From contig OZ076419.1 in the NCBI GenBank assembly GCA_964187785.1, positions 51,150,001 to 51,214,000 on the forward strand: a DNA stretch of 64,000 nt, written 5' to 3'. The notes beneath the pieces are model-generated. The model had not been told where the DNA came from. It was given only the letters and a program-made list of their open reading frames with translations, and ran no database searches. Source of the DNA: Amphiscolops sp. MND2022. Its lineage: Eukaryota. Made by a program: the position numbers and the translations under genes. Positions 23,801 through 36,680 of this stretch are shown in pieces (within the stretch, counting starts at the first letter, position 1; the number at the start of each line of letters is the position of its first letter).

Positions 23801-25600
23801 GTTGTGCCGCGTCTGAAAGGGTGCTGTTGTTGTTAATATAGTAATCCGCGATGAGTGCGTTGATCGTGCGCAGATCCACCAATAGTCTCAGCTTGCCGTT
23901 GGGTTTCCGTTGGGCGAACATAGTGCTTGCATATTTTGAGAAACGTAGTGTCGTGATGCTTCCATATCAGTGCATGAGGGTTAGCTCTGCCGTCAGGTCT
24001 TCTTTGAGATTGATCGGGACTGGTATGCTCTGAGTGTAAACAGGTTTGTCATCTTTTGGAGTTAAGCTAACTTTGAATTGCGTGTTCATCCCGATGTCAA
24101 GTCTATGGCGGCCGAAAATTTCGTTGAATTCTACTATTGTATCTTATAGGCTTTCTCGGTCTTCCCCCGTGATGAGTGAGTCAGTCCATTAAAACATTGA
24201 GAGGAATCTCTTTCGTGATTCTTCAATTTCGGTTGGATCAAATTTCACGAGTTCAGCTACTTCCCTAGTTCTTTTAAAAATCGTTTCTGTATCGGTGAGC
24301 GTTCTTTTGTGTTTCCAGGTTTTCTGGTGTTGGGAACCAGAATTCTTCTTCGTTATCTTCGAGGGGGGTTCTACTTGCATCAAGGCGTTGATGTACGTTA
24401 CAACATTGTCATGTTCTGTTAATAGATTGAGTGCTGCTATGTCAACTGGACGGATCATTTTCGTTGCTTGTGGCCAATTTCTTGTCTCTGGCAGTTGTTA
24501 TTGCCGGGGCTACTATGAGTTTTGCACACTCGTCAAACTGTTGTAGGGGTTGTATAGTCCCAGTTATTGGGTGATCATTACTCACAGGAATTGACGCGAT
24601 TATGAAACGCGTAGATTGGGCGGATGTGGTGTGGTTACTTCCCGTCTTGATGGTGATGGGTTCTGGGTTGCCCTTCTGCGTTTCGTCTGTGAGCGCCATC
24701 GTGATTTGGATCTTTAGAAAGTCGATGGTGCCTTGTGCGGTGTCAAGTATTGCGGCGTGCTTTGGTAAGAACGCCAATCCTTTGATAGGGAACGACGTTT
24801 GATTCATAAAAATGAACGTTTCTTTGAAGGTGTAGTCTCCGATTTTGAACCGCATTGTGTACGTCGCAACGGGTTGTTCCAGTTCAGCGTTAGCATATTG
24901 TACTTTAAAAAGGGGATGTGGTGCTTTGTTTATGATGCATTGGTTTGCATTTTTGTTTGTTTTTTTCGGCGTCCCTTTCACTGGTGGCATTTATGTACGC
25001 ACCTGAATCTACTAACGCGTCGATTTTGACGTTGTTGAATTCAACCGGTAGGAAGAACATTCTTTTCTTCCCTCTGTATCTTCCCTCTGTTGTTTCGCCT
25101 GACGTGACCAAATCGTTTTGTCTTCAATGCAGATGATGTCGTCTGCCTTTATTGGTGTGGACGTTACGGTGACGGGCACTGACGGAGTCGGTTCTGACTT
25201 TTTCAGAATTGGTGGGGGAATTCTGGTACCGCTTCAAGGCATGTTTGTGGATTGGCAATCTCTATTTTGAAAGATTGGGTGTTTGCGTCGTAGATTGTCA
25301 GCTCATTCCAAGGGTCACAACGGTAGTCCGTATCACAAATACAAATCCTGTCGGTTTTCGATTCTGGCAGCGGTCTTTTGAGGGTGGCATAATTATCGGG
25401 TGAATCCGTTATCCATTGGGGGAGTGGCTTTGGATCATCCGGGTGTCAAGCGTTGTGCCGGAGAATCATGCCTACGTTCCAACGTCGCTGCCAGTCTTGT
25501 GTTGATTCTTTATTGCATTCAGTCATTAAATCTTCTTCATTACGATTTGGGGGGTCTTCGATTGGGTACGCCCTCGCGTCTACCTTTTCCACAAAACGTA
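20891..25600 (-). pseudogene. pol: E1 pol (PR, RT, RNase H, IN), many frameshifts, C-terminus deleted
   Basis: LVDSGAYIN (protease), FAQRKPNGKLRLLVDLR, QYVDHIG (YVDD mutated), LMTDASF..EFLAI, LHGKTNKHPG..CPDC, EIDILP..LSDKASQF..GILERT. Confidence 0.93.
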
Positions 25601-25612
25601 GGCGCGGCGATT

Positions 25613-27020
25613 TTAGTTTTTTTGGCGGGGAGGACGAGGTGGGTACGGGTTGTTCTCTAATCTTGTTGGTGAGAATTGTGAATTCACGATTCTTTTTCCT
25701 AGGGTCGTTCGCCGCATTAGCTCCGTCCCAGCCATTTTCATTTTTATGCATTTTTCCGCAAGGGTCGCATTTAGGCTTGTGAACGTCTGTTTTATTTCTG
25801 TCGACGTTATGCGTTTTTGTTGCATAATATCTTTCGTTCCTAAGTCGGCAGCACTGGGCCTTATAGTGGCCGTATTTGCCACAATGAAAGCAGTAACCTC
25901 GTTGTTGTTGTTGTTGTTGTTTTTCATCTTCCGTCGTTACTGCGTCTACTGTGTTTAAGGGGATTAGGGTTGCTTCGTCGGGCGCCTCTAATCCGTTCAA
26001 TCTCATTTCTCGTCCGAGATGCAAGACTATATCGTTATAGGGATTGTCTTCTAGATACGCCCGGTTGAGAATCTGTTTGACATGATCCGGCATTTTAGCG
26101 TAGTTTGCCTTGTCTATGAATTTTTGTGCTTCAGAACCGAAGGCTTCTTTAGCTGTTTTCTGGGGGACATAAAAAAGTGTGCAATTTTTGTTTTGTGGGA
26201 TCAAAATGCAGAGCGTCCCACTCGCATCTTGCTTTTGCGGAGGATTGGAAATCCCCGAAACGACGATTGAATGCCGTTTTGACCTCTTCTAAGTTATCTT
26301 CTTTGGTATCAACAAATTGCAATACGCTTGGAGTGCGTTTATTCTGAGCTGCGGGTGAAAATAACGTATTTTTTGTATCTCAGTGAGGTGAGGGTACATT
26401 TTGATGTTGTTTCGAAATAAGTCTTCGAAAAGTTCGAACTTCTCTGACTTATTGTTGAAGACGGGTAGCGAAGCAGTGAGTGCTTTTGGCATTGGGAGCA
26501 AGTTGGCTGATGGAACGGTTTGCGGTTGTAGTGCGAACAAAGGTCTAGATGTTGAAGGCGGTCTCTTTATTCTCTGATTGCACGTTGTTGTTTCGGCCTC
26601 TTCGTAGGTTGATTTGTGGAATCATTGAGGCCTCCTGTCACCATGTGACGACAGTTTATTGGGGTAGTTTTCAGTGCACCCGTATTTGTTTTAACAGGCG
26701 TTGAGTTTCGAGCAACGGGGATATTTTCAGTCTCAAAATCAGATTCTTGTATATTTAGTTGAGCAGATGGCTTTTTTAGTAGACGGGGATACATGTTTCA
26801 TTATTTCTTTTTGGTTTTCAGCTAATGGTTTAGCTATGTCAGACATTATTTTTTCCACAACGAGGTTTTTATCTCTTCTAAGTTTCCAGGTTCAACTCTT
26901 AGAGGTTTTGCTAGGTCCAGCTATGAGATTTTCACACTGGTTATTTTCAGTTTCACAAGCTTCAAACTCTCCAGAAACTAGTTCAGCTACAGCCTTCCTC
27001 TTTTGACTTCTAGTTGTCAT
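25613..27020 (-). pseudogene. gag: E1 gag, frameshifted; start MTTRSQ inside the 5' LTR
   Basis: ATG at 27020, NCRHMVTG across the PBS, SEKFELFEDLFRNNIKMYP, CFHCGKYGHYKAQC knuckle, and A AAA AAC TAA end near 25613. Confidence 0.88.
26630..26643 (-). promoter_or_regulatory. E1 primer-binding site TGGTGACAGGAGG
   Basis: Immediately follows the LTR end ..GTCGTCACA; same PBS core as E2 and E3. Confidence 0.85.
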
Positions 27021-28861
27021 TTTTCAGGTGAAAATTAGAGAGTCTTCGGAAAGAAGTGAACTCTTCGAAGAAGATTTTTAGTTTAATGTTGGAACAACGG
27101 AACAGTTGATTACAAAGCAATTACAAAACTAACCAAAAATATATGCAAGTTCAACATTTTTATACTTCCTCAGCATCATTTGCTCCTCAGCTAACAATTC
27201 CTAAGTATCATAAAAAACGGGTTTGTTCACAAAAATCCGTTGTGATTCGAAGCATTTCGTTCCTGCGTCATGAAATCAGGTTTCAATATACCTAGATGCG
27301 TCAGTACTTTGTAATTTTTGTTCAGTCAATCTCATTTCCTGTTTCAATTCAAACCGCGGCAAAATAAGAGTCTAGCTGACATTTTCATCGACGAATGTAC
27401 GCCGGCGTGATCAATGAGTCAATTACCAAGATAGGAAGTTTGAAATTCCAAACAAAAGTATGACAAGCAAAAATGGTGACGTTGATAGAACGGAATAATT
27501 ATCTTCGGGGTTTTAAAAATGTGTAGAAAAAATCGGAGGAAACAAATGATGTTGAATCAACAAAGCTACTTGTCATAAAACGCAAAACACTACAAAACTG
27601 TAGTTACCAACAAATTCTGTACAATGCTTGTTTGCTTATTAAAACAATTCTACACAAATTAAAATAGGAGAAAACATATCAGCATCAGAAAAAAACTTTC
27701 CGACATCCAGCAGGATCAATGTCTCACCAAGACATTGAGTTAGCACACTTTTTGGAGTACTGGAATAACGGAAACCTTACGTTGCCTTTGGAACATTTTC
27801 ATATATAAAGTGGCAAACACCGTAAACTATCATCTTCTAAAAGGTAAATTGCAACGTAAGATCAACTTAAATTCTTTTTTGTGAATATAGCTCTGGTTTA
27901 GCTTTCAATGCTAATGTCAAGGTTTTCTAATCCATTCTTACAGTACAGCTGTTCCTGGAGTAAAACTATTCTTACATTACATGAAGCGACAAGTACTTAA
28001 GGAATCGAAAATCCTCTGAGTTGTTATTTCATGGTTTTGATTTTCAAATTCAATCTGTTGACGCTCCGTACATATTAAAATTAGGCAGGTTCTTACAATC
28101 TTACAATTTGCTCCGTAACTGCTCCGTACGTAATAAGATTAGGCGTCGCTAAGCTGTGGTCGACGAAGATATAGCGGAGCGCCAAGGCATTCATTCACTT
28201 TCACATTGCTAGTCGGCGTTGCTATGGTAACGTTCTTATCAGATCAAGTTTGGGTCTTATTGGAGCGCAAATAATTCAGCTAAGAGACAACGCTATTGGT
28301 CTGTATAAATAGAAACACCAGCTACTGGATGAACGGAGTGACGCTGTCATTACGTTGTAATTATTTGCTTAAATTATCTGACTGTACTTTAAACGAATTC
28401 TGCAACTACTTTTAATCTTTGGAAAAAATTCCACTGTCTTTTTTATGTCTTTTCATTTTAGATCGCATGGACTCCGTTATAATTACGGACTTATGTTTTT
28501 GCTCCTACTATTTCAGGGTGGAAAAGAACCAATTTTCTGGGACTAAACTTAAATGTGTTTTGTTATTTAGATTGGCATGTGCATATTCAGAAGATGAGAA
28601 CGGAAATACGAATAGTCACTTGTAACAATTAGAATCAGACCGGAAGTTTTAGCTAGATCAAAATCATTCCATAAATTGTTCAGTAACGCTTACGTAATTT
28701 TAATGTTCAAAACATTGCCTTCCAATAGTTTATCTGTACTGTAATAGGAATTATTTAGTTCTAAGTTTAAACGTACTTGCTGTATCCATCGCCTGTTTCT
28801 CTTGAAAATCTTGGAATGGCAGCACAGCAAGTGTATTTACGTCCGGGAGTGGGACGTGACA
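26644..28861 (-). repeat. E1 5' LTR (2218 bp), TG...CA
   Basis: Begins TGTCACGTCC and ends GTCGTCACA before the PBS; homologous to 14757-16091 and ~49660-51593. Confidence 0.85.
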
Positions 28862-28968
28862 TTGATCACACTCTCAAATACGTTCTCAAAACTTTTCTAG
28901 CAAAAACCACGGAACTAATATTTTTCGACGAAATTGTGCTAACACATTTAGCAACTAATGAAAATATC

Positions 28969-30526
28969 TGTCGCATCCCCCAAGATGCGATGGTTCCGGA
29001 GTGCAACTCTAGAAAGGAACAAGTACTGGAACCTTTTCTATAGACTCACACAAACTCTAATAAACTCATTGTGAACATGTTTTTGTACTTCGTTACTTTC
29101 AAAAGGTCATGTAAATATCATTTCTATACTTTGCTTACCATGAAGAAACACCCATTATAGTGCTTATGTACCTTGGATTCCTGATTAAGAGCAAATTCAT
29201 TTCATTTGCTATTCTGCAAATTCATTTTCAACCTATTTTCATCACAAATCTGATATTTCACCGCTTAATCATATGAACTATAAGTTTCCGATGCATCCAA
29301 ATCAACTCCGTAATAAGTTGTGCTTTAGCATAGTACTATTATACGGTACTATGCGGATCGAGGTGTGACGTATACTCGTCACCATACGTTTTTGGTAATA
29401 CCATTATGCGGCATTATACGTTTCAAGGCGTGATGTATATGCGGCATTAGACGTCTTTTGTAGTAACATTATGCGGCATCTAGCGGATCGAATAGGAATG
29501 ATTATACGTCATTATGCGGTTCTCGCAGGACTTATTAAATGATCCCAGGACGCGTTCTAACAGCATTTAGAAAGTGTTTTCAGCCATATTTGGAAGTTAT
29601 TTTGAGATATTTTTCCAGGGTTTTGCAGTTTCTTGTCCATAACCACTTCCCATGATGTCATGTAAATGTGCTATTTTTATAATATGATGTCATCTGACGC
29701 AATTCTATTTTGTGCTGGTTTTCATGATGATTCTAATAAAAAGGAGTGTCATGATTTTTAAATATATTTCGTTTTGTAATATAATTGGAAGAATTCATAA
29801 CAAGATTTGCCTTTCATCAAAAACAGTTGCTTTTCAAATGATTGTAAACCTCTTCGTTTTCATCACTGTAAACTCTACAACCTTGTTCTTTTGAGATATC
29901 AAAGTTAATTCAAATTCTTCCCCAAAAGCCAGAAAACATTTTCACTTGACACGAGATGGGAAATAGACGTAATAGAAGGTCCAGGAGACTAGAAACTCCT
30001 TCTCCAGAGAGGAGTGTAGAAAGGACCCAAATAGAAACGCCAAATGCAGGTAATATAACTTTAACTAATCATAATACTGTTGTCCAAGAAAATTTAGGTG
30101 AAAACAACATAGGAGTACAATTGGTCGAACCCAGTCAAATCAGCACCGAGATTCAAGCTTGGACCCAAATATTTGAACAAAAGAACAACGATAGAATAGA
30201 GAAAATGAGAGAAGAAATGGACAATAAACTTGAAACCATTCTCAGAGAAATAAAATCCAATAAAAGCGCTTCAGTAGCAACAAACCCAAGGTCAGAAACT
30301 AATGAAATGCAAGATCCTCAACCATCGGGATCCAGAACAATAAGGTCTATAGGAGTTCATGCATCCAACAATGAGAACTCAGAAACTGAAGACGAGGATT
30401 TTCCTCTTAAGGCTTCGAAAGCAAAAGACTTAAGACAACCCGCAAAACCTATATATGAGTCAGATGTAGATGTTACAATTCATTCGGACGAAGAATCTGA
30501 TGCGGAGCCGATAGAGGATTATCACA
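28969..30526 (+). repeat. E2 5' LTR (1558 bp)
   Basis: TG..CA; identical to 41629-43148 apart from about ten substitutions seen by eye and one ~38 bp indel. Confidence 0.96.
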
Positions 30527-31638
30527 TGGTGACAGGAGCCAACCGAAAACTCCATAGACAAAGCTCACAAAAATTAAACGACACAATTGGATCCCACGCA
30601 GACCATAGCTTGCCAAATTTGACAACACAATCTTTTGACCCAGTGAATCAAATTGCAATTGCCATCGAGAAATTGGCGAACAAAAACCCAGCACAATCAC
30701 TATTCCATCCTAAAAATACTCTCACATTCAACGGAAAAAATGAGAAAAATGAAAAATTTGAATACTTCGAAGACTTGTTCCACACAACACTTCGAATGCA
30801 ACCAAACCTAACGGAAGACATGAAAATTAACCATTTTCATGCCCATCTCCGAGGTTTGGCACTAAAAACATTTAAAAACATACAAAGGACACCGACAACA
30901 ACTTTAGAAGACATTCTCAAAGTTTTCCGACGGAAATACGTAAAACCGGAGTCCAGCGCATCTGCCAAACACCGATTCAATAGACTCTTCTTCGATCCAG
31001 AAAATCAAAAACTCCCGGATTTCATAGAAGAACTCCAAGAAAGTGCTGAAAAAGCGTTTGGGGAGAACGCCCACCACATGATAGAGAACTTACTCTACGC
31101 GAAAATGCCTCCCCATCTTAAGAAGTCCATCAATCAAGCATATCTTGAAAATGGTACTTACGACCAAATCGTTAAAAACCTTGAACGAGAAATGGAACTC
31201 AACGGTCTAGAGGCTGACAAACCTCTCGTCAAAACCCAAATGACTGTTACTAAAAAAGAACAAACTACCGAAAAAACTAACAAAAAACAAAACGACAAAG
31301 CCAAAAAACAAACTCCCAAAACAGTACCGGATAAGACCCTCAAGAATGATCAATGCCGTTACTGCAAAGAAACAGGACACATGATGACTGATTGTCCCAA
31401 ATTAGCTAAACGACGCAAACTTGAGGCTGATCCGGATGCTGAAAAATGTCAGACTTGCAACACACCAGGTCATGATGAAGAAAACTGCTACTTTGGTGCC
31501 AATATGGAGAATCGCCCACTGAAATGGAACCTGACAGAAGCACAAAAGAAAATTATAGAAGAATACAAACAAGCCAAAAAACCAATCAGACCAAGATCAG
31601 AACGATCTCAACAATCCTCATCGAAGGATTTAAACTAG
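29956..31638 (+). CDS. gag: E2 Gag (560 aa), initiating inside the LTR
   Basis: Open ORF; capsid-like EKFEYFEDLFHTTLRMQP..FRRKYVKPES; two CCHC knuckles CRYCKETGHMMTDC and CQTCNTPGHDEENC. Confidence 0.95.
   Translation: MGNRRNRRSRRLETPSPERSVERTQIETPNAGNITLTNHNTVVQENLGENNIGVQLVEPSQISTEIQAWTQIFEQKNNDRIEKMREEMDNKLETILREIKSNKSASVATNPRSETNEMQDPQPSGSRTIRSIGVHASNNENSETEDEDFPLKASKAKDLRQPAKPIYESDVDVTIHSDEESDAEPIEDYHMVTGANRKLHRQSSQKLNDTIGSHADHSLPNLTTQSFDPVNQIAIAIEKLANKNPAQSLFHPKNTLTFNGKNEKNEKFEYFEDLFHTTLRMQPNLTEDMKINHFHAHLRGLALKTFKNIQRTPTTTLEDILKVFRRKYVKPESSASAKHRFNRLFFDPENQKLPDFIEELQESAEKAFGENAHHMIENLLYAKMPPHLKKSINQAYLENGTYDQIVKNLEREMELNGLEADKPLVKTQMTVTKKEQTTEKTNKKQNDKAKKQTPKTVPDKTLKNDQCRYCKETGHMMTDCPKLAKRRKLEADPDAEKCQTCNTPGHDEENCYFGANMENRPLKWNLTEAQKKIIEEYKQAKKPIRPRSERSQQSSSKDLN
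30527..30540 (+). promoter_or_regulatory. E2 primer-binding site TGGTGACAGGAGCC (tRNA-Leu-like, inferred)
   Basis: Directly after the LTR CA, and absent after the 3' LTR where the TSD follows instead. Complement ends ..CTCCTGTC-A-CCA, resembling Leu tRNA acceptor stems. Confidence 0.85.
31629..31635 (+). promoter_or_regulatory. E2 gag-pol -1 frameshift slippery site T TTA AAC
   Basis: Canonical X XXY YYZ heptamer immediately before the gag TAG; pol is in the -1 frame. Confidence 0.8.
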
Positions 31639-34600
31639 AAACGCCACGCCTTTACAAAAAATCTCCACAAAAACCAAACTCACCTGATGACTGGCAGCAT
31701 CAGTTGAGCCCAAAACCCTTAAAAGCAACACTCGTCCAAAAAGACCTGATAACAGAAACTTCTCAACAATCATTGACCGAATACCACACTGAAGACTTAT
31801 ACGAACTCCTCCGTGATTCACCGGACAACTACTTCATCAAACAACAAACCCACCCCGAAATTGACTCAAAACCCGATATTCACCACAATTCCCCCGTTAA
31901 AAATTATGTCACCATAAACACCTCTTGCGATGATAAAAAACAACCTCTACTAAATGAGGATCTCTCTGAACACCTACAATTCGACAAAGAACGAAGTTTG
32001 TCATACCTTCCAATTTCAACATCTTTGACACTGAAGCGAAAACGACACATGTACTACATACCGATGGACTTCGAAAAACTCACACTTGATGGTCTTATTG
32101 ATACTGGAGCTCTCACCAGTGCAATCTCCGAACAAGACCTCAACAAAATCAAGCTGCTGGCAAACGAAGCAATTAAAGAAACCGGTCCTCCACCAAACTT
32201 CCAAATTATGGTGGCAAATGGACAACTAGAAGTCCCCATTGGTACAGTATTACTAGAATTCGAAGTCGCAGACTTCATGTTAAAAGAAAACTTCATCATT
32301 ATGAAAAACCTACCAAACCCCTTAATCGGATTATGTTTCCTTCGAAGGAACAATGCAATTTTTGATGTCAATCAAGGCATCTTAACTTTTCCCTACCTCT
32401 CGATGCAGCTCAAGCCTGATACTCAAACAGCAATACGACAAGCAACACCATTGTTTGCCGAAAATACCTATACCCTACAACCAGGGAAACACTTGCCAAA
32501 GCAAGCAAAATGCCTCATCTGATGGATCATGATGCGACAGGAATTGTCACACCATCACAACAATTTGAAAACTACGATAGCATATTTATCACATCATCAC
32601 TCAGCACAGTCAATAATAATGCTATCGGGTATCAAATCATCAATTTTTCGGAATTGCCATATACAATAACCCTTGACACCCATCTAGCGGACTTTAAAAT
32701 TCTCACCCCGGAACAAATCAAACCCATCCAACCCGTAGACCCAGCAGTACTATCTTTCATGATACAACAAGAGGAAACTACGGAAGTATACATCAACGAA
32801 CTCCTCAAAGTACCACAACCAAATTCTGAACAAGAATCGTACTGGTTTCCTACCCCGGAAGACCCAGGCGATCCCGCAACATATACACCAATACAACAAC
32901 GTATATACAACGAACTCCTTGAGTTAAAAGAACTCGAAAAACTGAACCCACATGATAATGAAACATCCAGGAAAACATTCCTCTCAAATTTCGACTGGAC
33001 AGATACAACACTTAGTTCAGAAGAACGACAAGAGATTGAAGATCAACCGCGAGTTCAAAGTGAAATTAACGCCAAATGACGACAGACCAGCTTATAGTCA
33101 AAGTTTACCGACTCCCATTAACCTCAAAGATGACATCACAGTAGAACTTGCGCTCCTACATAAATATGGTATAATCACAACCTTACCATTTTCCAAATAT
33201 GCCAGCCCAATTTTTGCACAGCGCAAACCTAATGGGCGCCTTAGGCTCCTCGTAGACCTCCGGAAAATTAATAATCTCATCACTGAAGATTATGCAAACA
33301 ATAACCACCCGGTAAGCACTTTATCTGATGCAGCCCAACACATGGCAGGGAAAAAACTTTTCTGCAAATTGGACTGCTCTCAGGCTTACCACTGCCTTCA
33401 AATGGCAGATTACCAATCTATCCAGATGCTTGCTTTTAATTTCGCAAGCAGAACATTTGCTTATCGTCGCCTTGCTCAGGGCCTCAGCCGATCACTTTCT
33501 GCATTCTCAAGCTTTATGAGGGAATACCTGGACAGAGCAATCAAAGCTGACCAATGTGCCCAATATGTTGATGACATTGGCATTGCAGCAAACGACACAA
33601 AACAATTGTACATCAACATCAAAACCGTCTTTGAATGCATCAGAAACGCTGGATTAAAACTTTCCATGTCCAAATGTCATTTTGGAGTTAAACAAGTCGA
33701 TTTCCTGGGTCGCACCATCACACCAGATGGAGTTGCCCCTCAGGCCGACAAAGTAAAAGATTTCCTAGCAAAACTCCGACTTCCTAAATCCAAGAAGGCA
33801 TTACAAAGGTATATTGGGTTCTTAAATTATTACCGGAACTATATACCACGCCTCTCAGAACGTCTGACCCCGTTTTTTAAACTCCTCAAAGAAACCTCTA
33901 ATTTCTACGTACCAACAAATTTAGTAGAAGACTTCACCAACCTCAACAAACTCTTGGAAAATTCTTGTCAGTTAGCGCTAAAACAACCTCTAAAAAACAA
34001 ACAACTTATCGTCATGTCCGATGCAAGCTTCACAGCAGCAGGATATGCCATCATGATAGAAGATGACCCCAACCAGAAATTACAATCCAAACGTAAAACA
34101 TACGCACCCATTGCGTTTGGATCAAAAACTTTCAACCCAACACAGACGAAAATGTCGATCTATGCAAAAGAATTTCTTTCCATATATTTTGCATTCGTCG
34201 AATTTGGACACCTCATGTGGGGGAGCACCTTCCCAATCATCGTGTTCACTGACAATCGATCAGTAACCCGGTTTTTTCAAACGAAAATGATTCCTCCAGC
34301 GCTTTGGAATGCATGTGACTATGTATTACAATACAATTTTGTAATCGCCCATGTAACTGGATCGATGAACACAGCCGCCGATTTTTTATCTAGAACCGAA
34401 GTTAACCCAACCGGGAAGCTCGAAATGACAATTCGCAACGATATCCACACAAAAGCAATTGAAGTGAATATACAATCAACTGGAATTGTCGAAGAAGAAC
34501 AAATTTACATCCTTCCTGATGAAGAAACTGATGAAAATCAACTTTGGGAAGAAAAACAAAACACTCGCAATCAAGCACAAAACGAAACTCACAATGACCC

Positions 34601-36453
34601 AGAGAACGACGTCTCTGAATTACAGCAATTTCACAGACCTACATCCGGATTGATCTCCTGCTCCTCTGGACACTTCAAGGACAATGCGAGGATACGCCTT
34701 GAACAGAACAATGACATAGTCCTTCGAAACCTGAGAGCCAAAATAGAAGGCGAACCGTTTGATGAAAATGAATTAGCTTCCGATTTCAGATATCAACACT
34801 ACTTACAAAACATAACACGAATCGAGATTAAACACGAAGTTCTCACACGAAAATACTATACAGATACAGGAATGATCTCGCATTATCAAATCCTCTTACC
34901 AGTCCAACTTCTTGAAGAACTACTTCAGGCCCTGCATGGCCATAACTCAAACCATCCAGGAATCACTAAGATGATTCAAGAAGCACGCCAAAAATATTAC
35001 TACCCATGTATGGCTAAATACATCAAAAAATGGGTCAGTAATTGTCAGGTTTGCATTCAAACAAAACGCATTAATAATGACCTCCTCAGAACTGAACTCC
35101 TAAACTGCCCTGAATGGGATCTTGGTCCGGAAGACATCCTGCAAATGGATATTTTGCCAAACCTCCCCCCAAGTGGAGGCTATGATCATATCATCACAGC
35201 AATAGATGTCTTCTCAAGATACTTGTTTGCCTATCCTGTGACCCACATTACTGCTACGGCAGTATCAAAAGTCATTATGGATATATTATGCAAACACACT
35301 TATCTTCCAACAACTATAATCACGGATCTGGGTACTCAATTCAATGCACAAATAACCCACGAAATTGCTGCAGTACTCGGAATTGAACTCAAACATGCTA
35401 CAATGAAACATGCGCAAACAATAGGTCTCCTGGAAAGAACTCATGCCTCAGTTAAAACACACCTAAAAGCCGCGACAGGCGAATATAGGAACAACTGGCA
35501 TAAATATCTTCCTCTGGCAGTCCTAAACCACAATACTACATACCATGCATCACTCGGGTGTGAACCCTCACGAGTTTTTCATGGACGCATACCACACAAT
35601 ATTCTAGACTATAAACTTGGATATAATCCCAATCCAAGATATCAACCGCAAACCGACATAGCAGACGAAACACAAAAGCGCATGAGAATATTTCTAGACC
35701 AAACTAAGAAGAACATCATGCAATCTTACCTTAAATACAAAGCCTACTATGATCGCAAAGCAAACGCAGCACCGCTAGAAACGACGGACTATTGTTACAT
35801 TCTGAACCCAAAAGCAGACACACAAGCGACGAAAATCCCGTTCCGAGAATTTAGATGGTGCGGACCATATAAAGTTGAAAAAATCCTCCCAAACAATAAC
35901 TACATAGTTAGAAGACTTGGAACTAACAAAACAAAACTCCTTCATAGGATTCGTTTGCGCAAATTTACTCCGCAAGCTCCCTTAGCAGACATTTTTGTCC
36001 GTGAAACTGACTGGCAAAAAGATGATCAAATGCCAATAACAAATGATGACTTATACGCACAAGCGTGGAACACGAATTTTGGATCTAGCCCGTTTGACGA
36101 TGATCCAGTAGAAAATTCACAAAATAATGATGATGTTGAATATACTCCGATTCAAATAACAGACGAAAACCGCCCTCCCTCCCCTAGTTCTTCGAAAAAT
36201 AGTGGGGGAGCCCAGTGGAACAGACCACTGAACCTAAAAAAAAACGAATAATGAAAATTTACAAGAGACCCATGATGATGAAGCAGAAAACCCACAAAAA
36301 GACAGAAATATAACACCCGAAATTGATGCCCAAAATATCCCAGAAAACCCTGAAAACATCCCATCGCAAGAAGAACCCATAAATACCCGTAGTGAGAAAT
36401 ACAACTTACGTCCTAACCCCAACCCAAATTACTCTGACACATACATATATTAA
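31630..36453 (+). pseudogene. pol: E2 pol (PR, RT, RNase H, IN) with at least three lesions
   Basis: LIDTGALTSAI, QYVDDIG, MSDASF, LHGHNSNHPG..CQVC, QMDILP..ITDLG..LERT, and YNLRPNPNPNYSDTYIY* at 36453. Lesions: frameshift ~32505, deletion ~33050 (the ILVEFHDIFARHRFDIG segment seen in E3 is missing), frameshift ~36205-36245. Confidence 0.93.
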
Positions 36454-36680
36454 AAACAATACCTACTTCCAGACTCAATCTATCACTAAGAAAACAATTG
36501 CAGAGGAAATTTTCCTTAATACTACCCTCCCATCATGTGTAACTTAACATACGCAAGTCTCTCCTTCACTCTGGAGAACGACTTCATTTCTCGCCCAAAT
36601 AAATACATGGCGGAAAATTTACAAATCTATCATTAGCTCAAAACAAACATAAATAAACAGTTTGCAAACAGATACAACAA

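Larger units (their letters stand above)
14757..28861 (-). mobile_element. E1: old full-length Gypsy element, 14.1 kb
   Basis: Related LTRs at both ends, PBS, gag and pol fragments, and an antisense cargo gene. Flanks are ttggt (14752-14756) and ttgat (28862-28866), a 4/5 TSD match. Confidence 0.8.
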
